From NCBI GenBank assembly GCA_963812155.1, contig CAWETW010000003.1, forward strand, positions 1,152,001 to 1,216,000: a DNA stretch of 64,000 nucleotides, written 5' to 3'. Positions 19,989-30,856 of this stretch are shown in pieces. The notes beneath the pieces were generated by a model. It was given only the letters and a program-made list of their open reading frames with translations. It ran no database searches and had not been told where the DNA came from. Positions within the stretch are counted from its first letter, which is position 1. Each line of letters opens with the position of its first letter. Both the position numbers and the translations under genes were made by a program. Source of the stretch: Vulcanimicrobiota bacterium (GTDB lineage: Bacteria > Vulcanimicrobiota > Vulcanimicrobiia > Vulcanimicrobiales > Vulcanimicrobiaceae).

Positions 19989-19991
19989 CGG

Positions 19992-21366
19992 TTACGGGTT
20001 GCGGCGAGACGCCGCACGAGCTGCGGCCAATCCCGCCTGCGCGCGCGGATCGTTCGGATACACCGCGAGCGCGGCACGGAAGGCCGCTTCGGCATCGTCG
20101 TACGCGGCACGTTGGAATGCCAGCGTGCCGCGTACTTCGAGCGCCGGCAAGAGCGGAATCAATTCGGCGGCAAACGTCCCGCTTTGAGTTTCGACCGCGC
20201 GGTCGATCCAGCGAGCGGCTTCGTCGTAGCGGCCCTCGTGCTGGGCCAACGTTCCGAAGAAAATTTGTACGACGTCGCCGTACGTCGTCAGTTTGCGCAG
20301 GCGCGCGGCGGCGTCTCGTGCGGAGGCGTCGTCGTTGAGCGCGATTGCGGCTAAGCCGCGGACCGCAAGCTGGCGTCGGCGTCGTCGTGTCGCCGGCAAG
20401 CGCGAATGCGTCGGCATAGCGTCCGAAACGGAGTGCCGTCAGCGCGTCGTACGAGCTTCCGTAAGTCTCGTTCATGCGCTGCGACCACGTGCGCGCCGCG
20501 TCGTAGTCGCTCGACATCATGGCGGCAGAGTATCCGACGTACACGTCGTGGGGTAGGTACCGGTCGTGGTCGGGGTCTCGCCCGGGAGTCTTCTGCAACT
20601 GCACAAACAGGTGGTATGCGCGCTCGCTCGACGCCAGCGCGGCGGCGTAGTGTCCGGTTTCGATCCAATAGTGGGCAGGCATGTGCGCGAGATGTTCCCC
20701 TTCCGGCGGAAGGACGGCCGCGTCCAATCGCTGCGCGCAGGCGCGCGCCGGTGCGCGATCGGATGCGAAATCGTAGAGGTGCAGGCAGAGGTGGTTTGCC
20801 ATCACATTGTCCGGATCGCGCGCCATAACGTTTTCGATCAGCGCGAGCCCGCGGCGCGCATCCGGCGACGCGGGTGATGTCCCGATCCACGTCAAGCCGC
20901 CGGTTTCGAACGACGCCTCTGCGGCGAGTAATGCGGCGGTCTCATCCGTACCGGCGGAGCCTTTGCTCGCAAGCGCAGCCATGGCGTCGCGGTATGCCGC
21001 GTCGTCGCTCTTCCAATCGTCCCACGTTCCGCGGTAGCGCAGTGCCATTGCGTCGATAAAGCGTCGTTGGGCCGGCGTAGCGCGAGCCTCGAACGCAACC
21101 GCGCTTGTCGCCGCGACGCGTCCGCGCGCAAAGCGTTCCTCCGTCATCGCGGTATTGAGATCGGGTCCGTCGGCCAGGGCTTCGCCCCAAAACGCCATCG
21201 CGAGATTCGGCTCGCGGGCGAGGGCGGAAGCAAACGCATTGACGGCGTCGGCGCCGTCGTACGCGTAGTACTCGAACAGTCCTCGGTCGAACGACGCCTG
21301 CGCGACCGCATCGGTCGTCACGGGAAACGACACGGCGGCGAGCGCCGCCAGCACGAGTGCCGTCAC
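19992..21366 (-). CDS. secreted TPR-repeat protein, frameshift near 20375
   Basis: AQASFDRGL..YYAY, AMAFWGEALA.GPDLN, ANHLCLH, HLAHMPAHYW; TPR-like C-terminus in second frame. Confidence 0.8.
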
Positions 21367-21794
21367 ACGAAAAAGCGTTGCGGGCCGCGCTCGTAGGCGG
21401 CGATCGCATCGCGCCAGGATTGCGGAATCGAAATGCTGGCCTGCGAGACGAAGTCGAACGCAACGACGGTCGTGATGCCTCGCGCCGCGCGGTGTTTCTG
21501 TGTTTCGCTCCAGATTTCATATTCGAAGTCCCACGACTTCGTGCCGATGCGCGAAATGCGGCATCCGATTGCGATGCATTCACGATAGTGCAGCTGACGC
21601 TCGTACGTAAAGTCGATCGTGGCTTGAATTATTCCGCGCTCGCCGTTGATCGGTTCGTTCATAACCTGCGCGAAGTATTCCGAGCGCATCATTTCGGCCC
21701 ACCGAATGTAGGCAACGTTGTTGACGTGCTGCATCATGTCGATATCCGCGAACGGCACCGTGAAGCGCGAGATGAGAGGAAACCCATCGAGCAT
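21363..21794 (-). CDS. acyl-CoA thioesterase (4HBT/YbgC family)
   Basis: VPFADIDMMQHVNNVAY hotdog-fold motif. Confidence 0.9.
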   Translation of the reverse strand: MLDGFPLISRFTVPFADIDMMQHVNNVAYIRWAEMMRSEYFAQVMNEPINGERGIIQATIDFTYERQLHYRECIAIGCRISRIGTKSWDFEYEIWSETQKHRAARGITTVVAFDFVSQASISIPQSWRDAIAAYERGPQRFFV

Positions 21795-21905
21795 GGGAAC
21801 CGCACTTCGACTCGCGCCTTCCGAGTCCGGGTTGCGAGCTTTGACGGGTGGACATTCGAGCGCCGGTTAAGGTAAGATACCACCTTGTCCGAGGAGCCGC
21901 AGCGC

Positions 21906-21980
21906 GGGCGCGTAGCTCAGTGGGAGAGCATCCGCTTCACACGCGGGAGGCCGCTGGTTCGAGCCCAGCCGTGCCCACCA
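21906..21980 (+). tRNA. tRNA-Val(CAC)
   Basis: cloverleaf, anticodon loop TTCACAC, CCA end. Confidence 0.95.
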
Positions 21981-22041
21981 TTTTCATGCCGCGGCGGCGC
22001 AGGTAGAAGCACGAACGGCATTAAATAGCGGTTCGGTCCTT

Positions 22042-22118
22042 GGCGCTGTAGCTCAGTTGGTTAGAGCGCCGCCCTGTCACGGCGGAGGTCGTGGGTTCGA
22101 GCCCCATCAGCGTCGCCA
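22042..22118 (+). tRNA. tRNA-Asp(GTC)
   Basis: cloverleaf, CCGCC-CTGTCAC-GGCGG, CCA end. Confidence 0.97.
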
Positions 22119-22154
22119 CTCTCCTTGCGTAAATCGGCATGAGAGCGTCCTGCT

Positions 22155-22230
22155 GCCAAGGTAGCTCAGTCGGTAGAGCACGCGCCTGAAAAGTGCGGTG
22201 TCGCCGGTTCGATTCCGGCCCTTGGCACCA
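22155..22230 (+). tRNA. tRNA-Phe(GAA)
   Basis: cloverleaf, loop CTGAAAA, CCA end. Confidence 0.97.
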
Positions 22231-22247
22231 CGCTCTGCCCTGCGCCG

Positions 22248-22922
22248 CTACGCGAGCGTCCGCTTAAGGAAGTCGACGCTGCGCTTCCACGCCGTCTCGG
22301 CGTGCTCGGGATGGTAGTTTCCCAGACCGCCCGGATTCAAGAACGCGTGCTTGGCCTCGTAACGATGGAACTCGTGCGGAGCGCCGCGCGCTTTGAGCTT
22401 CGCCTCGAGCGCATCCACGCCGGCGATATTGAAGAACTCGTCTTGACTTGCCCAGTGACCCATGAGCGGCATGGCGATCGTCGCCGGATCGCCCGCTTCC
22501 GGCGGTGGGTAGCCATAGAAGATCACCGCCGAATCGAAGTCCGCCGGTTCGCGCATCGCTGCGAGCATCGCCAGCGCCCCGCCCATGCAGAAGCCGGTAA
22601 CCCCAACGTGTTTGGCGCCGTGCTTCCGTAAATAAGCGGCGGCTCCGCGCGAATCTTGCGCGACGGCATCGTCGAAGTCCAATCCCTGCATCAAGTGTCC
22701 GGCCTGTTCGCGCGTGTCGGCGACTTCGCCGCGGTAGAGGTCGGGAACCAGCACGCTGAATCCCTCGGCAGCGAGCCGATCGGCGGTTTCCTTAATATGG
22801 CTCGTTAGGCCCCACCACTCCTCGAACAGCACGACGCCGGGTGCGCCGGCCGTTGTGGCTTCACTGAAATAGCCGGGCGCCGCCGTACCGTCGGGGCGCT
22901 CGAACTCGATCGGCCGTCCCAT
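22248..22922 (-). CDS. dienelactone hydrolase family protein
   Basis: EEWWGL, GFCMGG nucleophile, HAF. Confidence 0.95.
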   Translation of the reverse strand: MGRPIEFERPDGTAAPGYFSEATTAGAPGVVLFEEWWGLTSHIKETADRLAAEGFSVLVPDLYRGEVADTREQAGHLMQGLDFDDAVAQDSRGAAAYLRKHGAKHVGVTGFCMGGALAMLAAMREPADFDSAVIFYGYPPPEAGDPATIAMPLMGHWASQDEFFNIAGVDALEAKLKARGAPHEFHRYEAKHAFLNPGGLGNYHPEHAETAWKRSVDFLKRTLA

Positions 22923-23281
22923 CAGCGGTGCTCTGCGTGCGCGCCCTCTTCGGCATCCTGCCGATCGAGGTTGCTCTTGCGCCCTTCAAGCAGCCAGCGA
23001 TTCGCTTTCCGTACGTTTTCCATCGGTACGTTGGCAACCAGCCACGCGTACAGCGCGTCGTCGGTCGCATGCTCGCGAAGCGCGTCCTCGAACGCTGCTA
23101 CGGTGATCCCCCAACGTTCGACGACGCCGCGATCCATCGGGCAGGGATAGATGTAATCGTATATCGTGCCAGCGGCTGCTGCGCGAGCTTTGTCGGAGAG
23201 ACGCGCGAGCCAAAGGGCCTCGCCGATTTGCTGGCGGCCCCGTCGCGGAAAAGTCTTTCCATCTCGAAAATCTGTCGGCAT
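22922..23281 (-). CDS. DUF5069-like protein
   Basis: FPRRGR, WLARLSDKARA...GTIYDYIYPCPMD. Confidence 0.75.
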   Translation of the reverse strand: MPTDFRDGKTFPRRGRQQIGEALWLARLSDKARAAAAGTIYDYIYPCPMDRGVVERWGITVAAFEDALREHATDDALYAWLVANVPMENVRKANRWLLEGRKSNLDRQDAEEGAHAEHR

Positions 23282-23345
23282 ACGTCTCTTGAAACGTCCG
23301 GCACGCGGGCGGGTTGCGCTGCCGAGCGCGCGAACGCATCCGGCG

Positions 23346-24053
23346 ATGGGGCCCTCGACCTCCAATCCCGAGCGCGTTCCCTCCGACGAGCCGCGCTGGC
23401 ACGCCTCGCTGGCCGTGCTTGCGGCGTTAGTGCTGTACATTACGCTCCCGCCGCGCCTGACGCTCGGGCCGATTTGGCTGCCGCCGGTGCTCGTGCTGAT
23501 TCTCTTGATACCCCTTTCGATTCTGGGTCCACGGCGGCACGTGGAAACGCGGCGTCTGCGCTTTGCCGGCATTTTGCTGATCGCGATCGTCAACGTCTTC
23601 AACATGGCGTCGGTGGCCTTGCTCATCAACGGATTCTTCCACCCGATGCGGGTAACGGAGTTGAACTCCGCCGGAATTTTACTGCGTCACGGCGTCCAGA
23701 TATGGCTGACGAACATCATCGTTTTTGCGCTGTGGTTTTGGGAGCTCGACGGAGACGGCCCCGAAGTCCGCGCGCACGCCGGCGCCGCCGTTGAGTTTCG
23801 CAATGCCGACTTCCTTTTTCCGCAGATGCAGAACGCGCTTATCGGAGGTAAACCGATGCCGTGTCTGGATCCGTACTGGAAGCCCAAGTTTTTCGACTAC
23901 CTCTACCTAGCGTTCACGAACGCGACGGCGTTCAGTCCGAGCGACGTGATGCCGCTCAGCCGCTGGGCAAAGGCGCTCATGCTGGTCGAAGCGCTCATCT
24001 CGCTGATGACGATTGCGATCGTACTGGCTCGCTCGGTAAGCTTGATACAATAG
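23346..24053 (+). CDS. DUF1345-like membrane protein
   Basis: IWLTNIIVFALWFWELD, DFLFPQM, FFDYLYLAFTNATAFSPSDVMPL. Confidence 0.85.
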   Translation: MGPSTSNPERVPSDEPRWHASLAVLAALVLYITLPPRLTLGPIWLPPVLVLILLIPLSILGPRRHVETRRLRFAGILLIAIVNVFNMASVALLINGFFHPMRVTELNSAGILLRHGVQIWLTNIIVFALWFWELDGDGPEVRAHAGAAVEFRNADFLFPQMQNALIGGKPMPCLDPYWKPKFFDYLYLAFTNATAFSPSDVMPLSRWAKALMLVEALISLMTIAIVLARSVSLIQ

Positions 24054-24831
24054 CCTCTCCGTTGAGCGCCTGACGCAAGCTGATGAAAACAGTCGGCGGA
24101 ATCTGGGTGTCGCCTCGGAACGGATAGTCGAACAGCGCGATGAGGACGAAAATGGTCGCGATGACCGTCGTAAGGGCGATCGTCATGACCAGGTGCACCG
24201 CTACTTTGCGGACGCGAAAAATGAAGCAGAAGCCGATCGTGATCGCAGCCAAGATGAAGTTACCGGCCCAGAAGAAGACCGGGATACCCTGCTGATTTGC
24301 GAACAGACGGTCGCGGCGCGCGTCAATGAACGTGGTGGCCAAGCCGAGCCCGCTCTGCTGGATCGACTGTTCCGCCGAGTTTCGCGGTTGATAGTGCGCA
24401 ACGATGGAGAGGGCACGAAATGCGGTCGTGCGGGCTTCCATGCTTTCGCGCCCGAAACGCATTGCGGGCCACTCTTGGTCGATGACGACGTCGATGTATC
24501 GTTTTAGCGTCGTGCGCAGATTCTTGGCGGGCGATCCCGGAAGGTACTCGCCAATATGATAGAGATCGGCCACGGCGCCGGCTTCCTGTGCGACGGTGGC
24601 GGCGGCACCGTCGTATTCCTGCCACACCATGACCAACAGAAACGAAAGAATAACGGCGAGAATCGTTCCGACGGTGCCGATGATCGGTCCGGCAACGTCG
24701 TTGTGGGAGAGTTCGTCGCTCTGCGGGACGATGCGCCGCACCAAAAGGAGTCCCGCGCCCGCAACCGCTGCCGACGCCACGATCACCGATATGAAAAGCA
24801 GCCACGGCGGTATCGCGTAAATCCAGGTCAC
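23995..24831 (-). CDS. DUF4239-like membrane protein
   Basis: HNDVAG..GT..AVILSFL..VWQEY, EWPAM, DARRDR, DYPFRG. Confidence 0.8.
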   Translation of the reverse strand: MTWIYAIPPWLLFISVIVASAAVAGAGLLLVRRIVPQSDELSHNDVAGPIIGTVGTILAVILSFLLVMVWQEYDGAAATVAQEAGAVADLYHIGEYLPGSPAKNLRTTLKRYIDVVIDQEWPAMRFGRESMEARTTAFRALSIVAHYQPRNSAEQSIQQSGLGLATTFIDARRDRLFANQQGIPVFFWAGNFILAAITIGFCFIFRVRKVAVHLVMTIALTTVIATIFVLIALFDYPFRGDTQIPPTVFISLRQALNGEAIVSSLPSEPVRSQSSSAR

Positions 24832-24970
24832 CCGCGCGAACTTCGCGCGGGTCCGAAGGCGGTCCCCGGTTGCACCTGCCGAGTGCGCGGTTTTACCGCA
24901 AACCCAGCGACTCCGGCGGGTTTGTAGGACGGGATGCGGCACTGCTCGAACCGGAGGGTCGCCGTGGCGC

Positions 24971-25041
24971 GCGGGTATGATGTAATGGCAGCCTGCGACC
25001 TTCCCAAGGTTGATGCGTGGGTTCGATTCCCACTACCCGCT
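24971..25041 (+). tRNA. tRNA-Gly(CCC), CCA not encoded
   Basis: acceptor GCGGGTA/TACCCGC, CGACC-TTCCCAA-GGTTG, GTTCGATTC. Confidence 0.9.
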
Positions 25042-25067
25042 TAGAGGTGAATGTTGACACGAGGTAA

Positions 25068-25142
25068 GGCGACGTAGCCAAGTGGTAAGGCAGGGCTCTG
25101 CAAAAGCCCCATTCGGCAGTTCAAATCTGCCCGTCGCCTCCA
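25068..25142 (+). tRNA. tRNA-Cys(GCA)
   Basis: GGGCT-CTGCAAA-AGCCC, CCA end. Confidence 0.97.
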
Positions 25143-25158
25143 TCCATTCATCCAAGCG

Positions 25159-26109
25159 ATGCGCATAGCAATCGTCGGAGCCGGCGCGATCGGCGGTTTC
25201 CTCGCCGGCGCGCTCGCGCGTTCGGGCGTGCCGGTTGCGATCGTCGCGCGCGGCGAGCACTTACGCGCCATCGCCGGTCGCGGCCTCGAGATCGAGAGCG
25301 ACCTCGGCCGTTTCACCGCGCAGGTCGAAGCATCCGACGACCTGCGGACGCTCGGAACCTTCGACGCCGTCGTCTGCACCTTCAAAGCGCATCAATGGAA
25401 GCCGCTGCTTCCGCAACTCGAAGCGGTCGCCCGCGACGGGGCCACGCTCGTAACGCTGCAGAACGGCTTGCCGTTTTGGTACGTGCGCGATCCTCCCTTG
25501 CGCAGCGTCGATCCGGAGGGACGCGTCGCCGCGCTATTCCCCGACGAACGAATAGCCGGCGGCGTCGTCCACGTTTCGGGAACCGTCGTCGCGCCGGGCC
25601 GCATCGTTCAAAGCGGCGGAACCCGATACGTGTTGGGCGACCCCCGCGGCGGCGTGACGCCGCGCGTCACGGCATTGATCGACTTGCTTCGCGCCGCGGG
25701 ACTGGATGCGGAAGCGGACCCGGACGTGCGTTCTACCGTCTGGCTGAAGCTGGTGAACAACGTCGGGCTCAACGCGACGAGCGCATTGCGCGGGATGCGC
25801 ATCCGGCCCTTGCTCGCCGATGCGGAGTCGCGGGACGACGTTCGCACGCTGATGCTGGAAGCGCTGAACGTAGGGCGCGCGTTCGGCTTCGCCGGAGAAA
25901 CCGACGTGGATGCGCGGATCGCCTATGCTGCGCGTTTAGCGGACGTCAAGACGTCGATGCTGCAAGACCTCGAGCGCGGACGCGAATTGGAACTGGAGCC
26001 GATCCTCGGCGCGGTCGTGGAGCTGGCCGAACGATGCGGGGTCGAGGTGCCGCGCATCCGCGCGAACTATGCGGCGCTGCGGGCGCTCGACGCGAAGGCG
26101 CGCGCGTGA
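25159..26109 (+). CDS. panE: 2-dehydropantoate 2-reductase
   Basis: GAGAIG, LQNG, WLKLVNN, KTSMLQD...RELE. Confidence 0.9.
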   Translation: MRIAIVGAGAIGGFLAGALARSGVPVAIVARGEHLRAIAGRGLEIESDLGRFTAQVEASDDLRTLGTFDAVVCTFKAHQWKPLLPQLEAVARDGATLVTLQNGLPFWYVRDPPLRSVDPEGRVAALFPDERIAGGVVHVSGTVVAPGRIVQSGGTRYVLGDPRGGVTPRVTALIDLLRAAGLDAEADPDVRSTVWLKLVNNVGLNATSALRGMRIRPLLADAESRDDVRTLMLEALNVGRAFGFAGETDVDARIAYAARLADVKTSMLQDLERGRELELEPILGAVVELAERCGVEVPRIRANYAALRALDAKARA

Positions 26110-28157
26110 CGGCCATCGCGCAGCTCGCCGGGGTCGGAGCGAAGACGGCACCACTGTTTGCGGAACTGGGAATTTCGACCGCGCAAGCACTGCTCGACTA
26201 CCTTCCCTTTCGCTACGACGATTTACGCATACCGACGCCCGCTGCCCAGCTCGGTGCGACGGGCGGTGAGGAAAATGCCGTCGGCACGATCGTCGCCATG
26301 AAAGAGCGGCGCGTGCGCGGCTTAGAGATCGTGGAAGCGACGCTGCGCGACGACGAAGGCGGCACGTTCGTCGCAAAATGGATCGGACGCCGGCGCTTCG
26401 TGTACGGACGTTTTCGCCAGGGGATGCGGCTGTTCGTGCGCGGGCGCACGGAGCGTTCCCTCGCCGGCGCAGTGATGAACGTGGGTCACTACGCCCAGCT
26501 GGACGACGGCGAGGAATATCGCGGCGAGCTGGTTCCGGTCTACCGCGCGAGCAAGGATTTAGCATCGCGCAAAATTGCTGCGGTCGTGAAGAAGAACCTT
26601 GCGCGGCTGCTGGATGATGTTCCCGGCGACGCGATTCCACAGCGCGTCGCGCGAACGCGCGGTTATCCGCCGTTGCGCGAGTCGTATCGCGCCGCACATG
26701 CGCCGTCGGATCCGCAGGAGGCTCGCGTCGCACGCGAGCGTTTTATCTTCGGCGAGTTTCTCGCACTGGCAGCGGCCAGCCAGTTGCGGCGCGTGCAGCG
26801 GCAGCACGACCGCGACGCGCGCGCGCTTACCGTACCGCCGGGATTACTCGAGGAGTTCGCCGCCGCGCTGCCGTTCGCAATGACCGGCGCGCAACGCCGG
26901 TCGATTCTCGAAATTTGGGACGACATGTCGCGCGACGTGCCGATGAACCGCCTGCTGCAGGGCGACGTCGGCAGCGGAAAAACGCTCGTCGCCGCGGCCG
27001 CCATCGTGCTCGCTTGGAGAAACGGCGTACAGTCGGCGTTGATGGCACCAACCGAAATTCTCGCGGCCCAGCATGCGGCGAAACTCGCGCCTTTGCTTCT
27101 GCCGCTGCAGGTCGGCGTGGAAGCGGTTTTCGGCAGTCAGGGTCAGCGCGCGCGCGAGGCCGCGGTGCGCCGTTTGGGCTCGGGCGAAGCCGGGCTCGCA
27201 GTCGGTACCCACGCGCTGCTCACCGAAGGCGTCGACTTCGACCGTCTGGGCCTGGCGATCATCGACGAGCAGCATCGCTTCGGTGTCGAGCAGCGCGCGC
27301 GACTGCGCGCCAAAGGCGTTGCGCCGCACACGCTGCACATGACCGCGACGCCGATTCCGCGCACGCTCGCGCAATCGGTCTACGCGGATCTCGATCTCTC
27401 GATCATCGACGAACTTCCGCCCGGTCGCACGCCGATTGCGACATTTGCCGTTCGAACCACGCGCCTCGGACGCGTGTACGACTTCGTGCGGGCCAACGTG
27501 GCGCGCGGGCGGCAAGCCTACGTCGTCGCGCCGGCGATCGACGAGGGCGAAACCGAACTCACGGCCGCGGTGGCCGAAGCGCAGCGGCTGCGTGCGGAAG
27601 TCTTTGCCGACTTGCGCGTCGGCCTGCTCCACGGACGTCTCGCGCCGCGGGAGAAGGACGAGACGATGCAGCGCTTCGTGCGCGGAGAACTCGACGTGCT
27701 GGTCGCAACGACGGTCGTGGAAGTCGGCGTGGACGTCGCCAATGCGAGCGTCATGGTCGTGCTCGACGCGCAGCGTTACGGTCTCGCGCAACTGCACCAG
27801 TTGCGCGGTCGCGTCGGCCGCGGAGCTGCGACGTCGTACTGCCTCCTCGTGTATCCCGACGATGCGGCCGAGTCCGAGCGATTGGATATCCTCACGCGAT
27901 CGACCGACGGCTTCGAAATTGCCGAACAGGATCTCCGCTTGCGCGGCCCGGGCGAGTTTGCGGGCACGGCTCAATCGGGCGCCGCCGGCTTGCGGCTCGC
28001 CGACCTCGTGCGCGATTTCGAACTCTACCGTACCGCCCGCGAAGTCGCCGAAGCGATCGTCGCTGCGGACCCGCATCTCGGCGCGCTGGAAAATTCGGGA
28101 TTGCGCGCTCTGCTCGAGCGCCAGCCGTCCACGCGCGCGCTGCTGGTCAGTTCGTAG
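26106..28157 (+). CDS. recG: ATP-dependent DNA helicase RecG
   Basis: LLQGDVGSGKT, DEQHRFG, TATPIPRT, QLRGRVGRG, DGFEIAEQDLRLRGPG. Confidence 0.97.
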   Translation: MTAIAQLAGVGAKTAPLFAELGISTAQALLDYLPFRYDDLRIPTPAAQLGATGGEENAVGTIVAMKERRVRGLEIVEATLRDDEGGTFVAKWIGRRRFVYGRFRQGMRLFVRGRTERSLAGAVMNVGHYAQLDDGEEYRGELVPVYRASKDLASRKIAAVVKKNLARLLDDVPGDAIPQRVARTRGYPPLRESYRAAHAPSDPQEARVARERFIFGEFLALAAASQLRRVQRQHDRDARALTVPPGLLEEFAAALPFAMTGAQRRSILEIWDDMSRDVPMNRLLQGDVGSGKTLVAAAAIVLAWRNGVQSALMAPTEILAAQHAAKLAPLLLPLQVGVEAVFGSQGQRAREAAVRRLGSGEAGLAVGTHALLTEGVDFDRLGLAIIDEQHRFGVEQRARLRAKGVAPHTLHMTATPIPRTLAQSVYADLDLSIIDELPPGRTPIATFAVRTTRLGRVYDFVRANVARGRQAYVVAPAIDEGETELTAAVAEAQRLRAEVFADLRVGLLHGRLAPREKDETMQRFVRGELDVLVATTVVEVGVDVANASVMVVLDAQRYGLAQLHQLRGRVGRGAATSYCLLVYPDDAAESERLDILTRSTDGFEIAEQDLRLRGPGEFAGTAQSGAAGLRLADLVRDFELYRTAREVAEAIVAADPHLGALENSGLRALLERQPSTRALLVSS

Positions 28158-28198
28158 GCCGTAAAGGCGGCGGTAACGCCGGCGAGAAAAGACCGCGC

Positions 28199-30856
28199 AT
28201 GCGTGTGTTTACGGGTTGCGCCGGCGCGTTCGCGGCGGCTCTGGCGTTATGTTGGCCCGGCGTCCCGGCACGAGCGGCCGACGACGTCACCCGAGCAACG
28301 CTCGCAAACGGGCTCCAAGTCATCGTTGTGCACAATCCGCTCGCGCCGGTGGTGACGGCGATGATGAACTATCGCGTCGGTTCCGACGAGCAGTGGATTC
28401 CGGGACTGGCTCACGCCACCGAGCACATGATGTTCCGCGGAAGCGCGACGCTGTCGTCGGCGCAGTTGATGGAGGCGCTGGAAATTACCGGCGGCAACTT
28501 CGACGCCGACACGCAGTCGACGGTGACGCAATACTTCTTCACGGTGCCGTCGCAGTATCTCGACATCGCGCTGCGGGCCGAGCGTTCGCGTGCAACCGGC
28601 GTCTTGATGTCGCAGGCGGGCTGGAATCAGGAGCGCGGTGCGATCACGCAGGAGGTGACGCAAGATCGCAGCGACGCGATCTACCGGCTCTTCGTGAAGA
28701 TGCAGTCGCGTCTCATCGGCGGAACTCCCTACGACAACAACGGTTTGGGTACGGTCGCCGCATTTGCGCACGACGTGAACGGCGCGCAGCTGCTGCGATT
28801 CTACCGGCGCTGGTACCATCCCAACGACGCCGTCTACGTGATCGTCGGCGACGTCGACGGTCCCGCGACCGTCGCAAAGGTGCGAGCGCTCTTCGGCGAC
28901 GTTCCGGCGGCCAGTCTTCCGCCTCGCCCGCCGGTGCGCTTGCAGCCGCTGAAGGCGGCAACCTATCACGACACCTCCGACCAAGCGTACACCGCCGTCA
29001 TGCTCGGCTACCGTCTGCCGGGGTACGACAGCCGCGACTTCGCCGCCGCGCAGATCCTCGGCGACGTGCTCGACAGCCAGCGCAGCGCCTTTGGAGCGAT
29101 GCCGTTTACTGGCCAAGCCTTGGGGGCGCAGTTCTTCGTCCAAAGTTTTCCGAAGACCGCCATCGGCATCGCGTTCCTCGCGATTCCCGTGTCGACGAAA
29201 CCCGAGAGTGCGGATCACGCGGTGCGCGCGATACTGGCGCGTTACCGGCACGACGGCGTGCCGCCCGACTTGGTGGCGGCGGCGAAGTTGCGCGAGATCG
29301 CGCAGCTCGAGTTCACCGGAAACTCGATCGAAGACATGGCCGGCGAATGGAGCCAGGCCGTGGCGGTGCAAGGCCTTCGCTCGCCCGACGACATGATCGC
29401 GCACTTCAACGCGGTGACGGCTTCCGACGTCAATCGCGTGTTGCGCGAGTACGTCAACGACGCAACGACGGTCGCCGCGTACGCCGTGCCGAAGAATGCC
29501 GGCGCGGCCGGCTCCGGCGGCGGTTTGGCCAAGGAAAACAATACGTTGCAGCCGAGTTCGCACGAGCCGCTGCCGCCGTGGGCGCAGCAAGTGCTGGACA
29601 ATCTCCGCGTTCCGGCGCAAACGCTGTCGCCGAGTGACGTAACGCTTCCCAACGGCGTCCGTTTGATCGTCCAGCCGGAAACGATCACGCATACCGTCGT
29701 GGTCCGCGGTGAAATTCTCAATAATCCCGGCGTCCAAGAGCCCCCGGGAGAAGAAGGTGTCGCCGATCTCGCCTCCGATTTGCTGCCGTTCGGAACCACG
29801 ACGTACGACCGCGTCGGATTTGCGCGGGCACTCGACGAAATCGCCGCCTCGACCACCGCCGGCACCGATTTCGGCGTCGACGTACTTTCCGCAAATTTCG
29901 ACCGCGGCGTGCAACTGCTGGCCGACGAAGAACTGCACCCCGCGTTCGATCCGAAGTCGTTTGCAATCGTCAAACGGCAGAGCGTGGACGCACTCACCGG
30001 CGATGCGAAAGCGCCCGATCACCTTGCCGACGTTGCGCTCGCGTCCGCGCTGTATCCGCCCGGCGATCCGGAGCGGCGGTTCGCAACGCCGCAGAGCGCC
30101 GGCAGCCTGAACCTCGAAGGCGTGAAGCGCTGGTACGCGGCCGCCTACCGCCCCGACCTCACGACGATCGTCGTCATCGGCGACACGACTCCCGAACGCG
30201 CACGCGCCACGGTTGAAAAATACTTCGGTGCGTGGCAGGCGGCCGGCGCAAAGCCCAACGTCGAACCGCCGCCGGTTCCGGCAAATAGTGCCGGCCAGAT
30301 TACGGTGCCGGCGACCGGTCGCGTGCAGTCGAGCGTGCGGCTCGTCGAAACCGTGCCGATCGTTCGCACCGATCCGGCGTGGGCGTTGTTGCGCGTCGCC
30401 AATGCTGCGCTCACCGGTGGATTTTACTCGTCACTGCTGTATCACGATTTGCGTGAGGTCAACGGGTACGCCTACGCAATCGGCAGCACGTTTACGGCGG
30501 GCCGCGTTCGCGGCTCGTTCGAAATCAACTACGGATGCGATGCGAAGAATATCGTGCCGGCCGAGGGACAGACGCTGGCGGTGCTGCGCGACCTGCAACG
30601 GCAGCCGATCGAGGCGCAACGCCTGTTGCGTTCGAAGGCGTTGCTGATGGGAGAAGTTCCGATTCGTCAATCGAGTTACGAGGGCGTCGCCCGCCAACTC
30701 TCCGCGTTCGCAGGCGCCGGTCTGCCGCTCGACCAGAACCTGCTCGATGCGCGCGCCGAGCTCGACGCGCCGGCGGAAAGCATTCGCGCCGCGATGGCTC
30801 GCTACGTGCGGCCGGACGGCTTCGTCCGGCTCGTCGTCGGTCCGGGGCCGCCGTGA
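28199..30856 (+). CDS. M16 family (pitrilysin-like) zinc peptidase, secreted
   Basis: signal peptide, HATEH (HxxEH), duplicated M16 halves, LREVNGYAY. Confidence 0.9.
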   Translation: MRVFTGCAGAFAAALALCWPGVPARAADDVTRATLANGLQVIVVHNPLAPVVTAMMNYRVGSDEQWIPGLAHATEHMMFRGSATLSSAQLMEALEITGGNFDADTQSTVTQYFFTVPSQYLDIALRAERSRATGVLMSQAGWNQERGAITQEVTQDRSDAIYRLFVKMQSRLIGGTPYDNNGLGTVAAFAHDVNGAQLLRFYRRWYHPNDAVYVIVGDVDGPATVAKVRALFGDVPAASLPPRPPVRLQPLKAATYHDTSDQAYTAVMLGYRLPGYDSRDFAAAQILGDVLDSQRSAFGAMPFTGQALGAQFFVQSFPKTAIGIAFLAIPVSTKPESADHAVRAILARYRHDGVPPDLVAAAKLREIAQLEFTGNSIEDMAGEWSQAVAVQGLRSPDDMIAHFNAVTASDVNRVLREYVNDATTVAAYAVPKNAGAAGSGGGLAKENNTLQPSSHEPLPPWAQQVLDNLRVPAQTLSPSDVTLPNGVRLIVQPETITHTVVVRGEILNNPGVQEPPGEEGVADLASDLLPFGTTTYDRVGFARALDEIAASTTAGTDFGVDVLSANFDRGVQLLADEELHPAFDPKSFAIVKRQSVDALTGDAKAPDHLADVALASALYPPGDPERRFATPQSAGSLNLEGVKRWYAAAYRPDLTTIVVIGDTTPERARATVEKYFGAWQAAGAKPNVEPPPVPANSAGQITVPATGRVQSSVRLVETVPIVRTDPAWALLRVANAALTGGFYSSLLYHDLREVNGYAYAIGSTFTAGRVRGSFEINYGCDAKNIVPAEGQTLAVLRDLQRQPIEAQRLLRSKALLMGEVPIRQSSYEGVARQLSAFAGAGLPLDQNLLDARAELDAPAESIRAAMARYVRPDGFVRLVVGPGPP

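Noticed and set aside
25395..30856. 920-aa and 1313-aa ORFs suggesting fusions onto RecG and the M16 peptidase
   Set aside because: The extensions are Arg-rich off-frame readings of panE and recG; the real starts are 26106 and 28199
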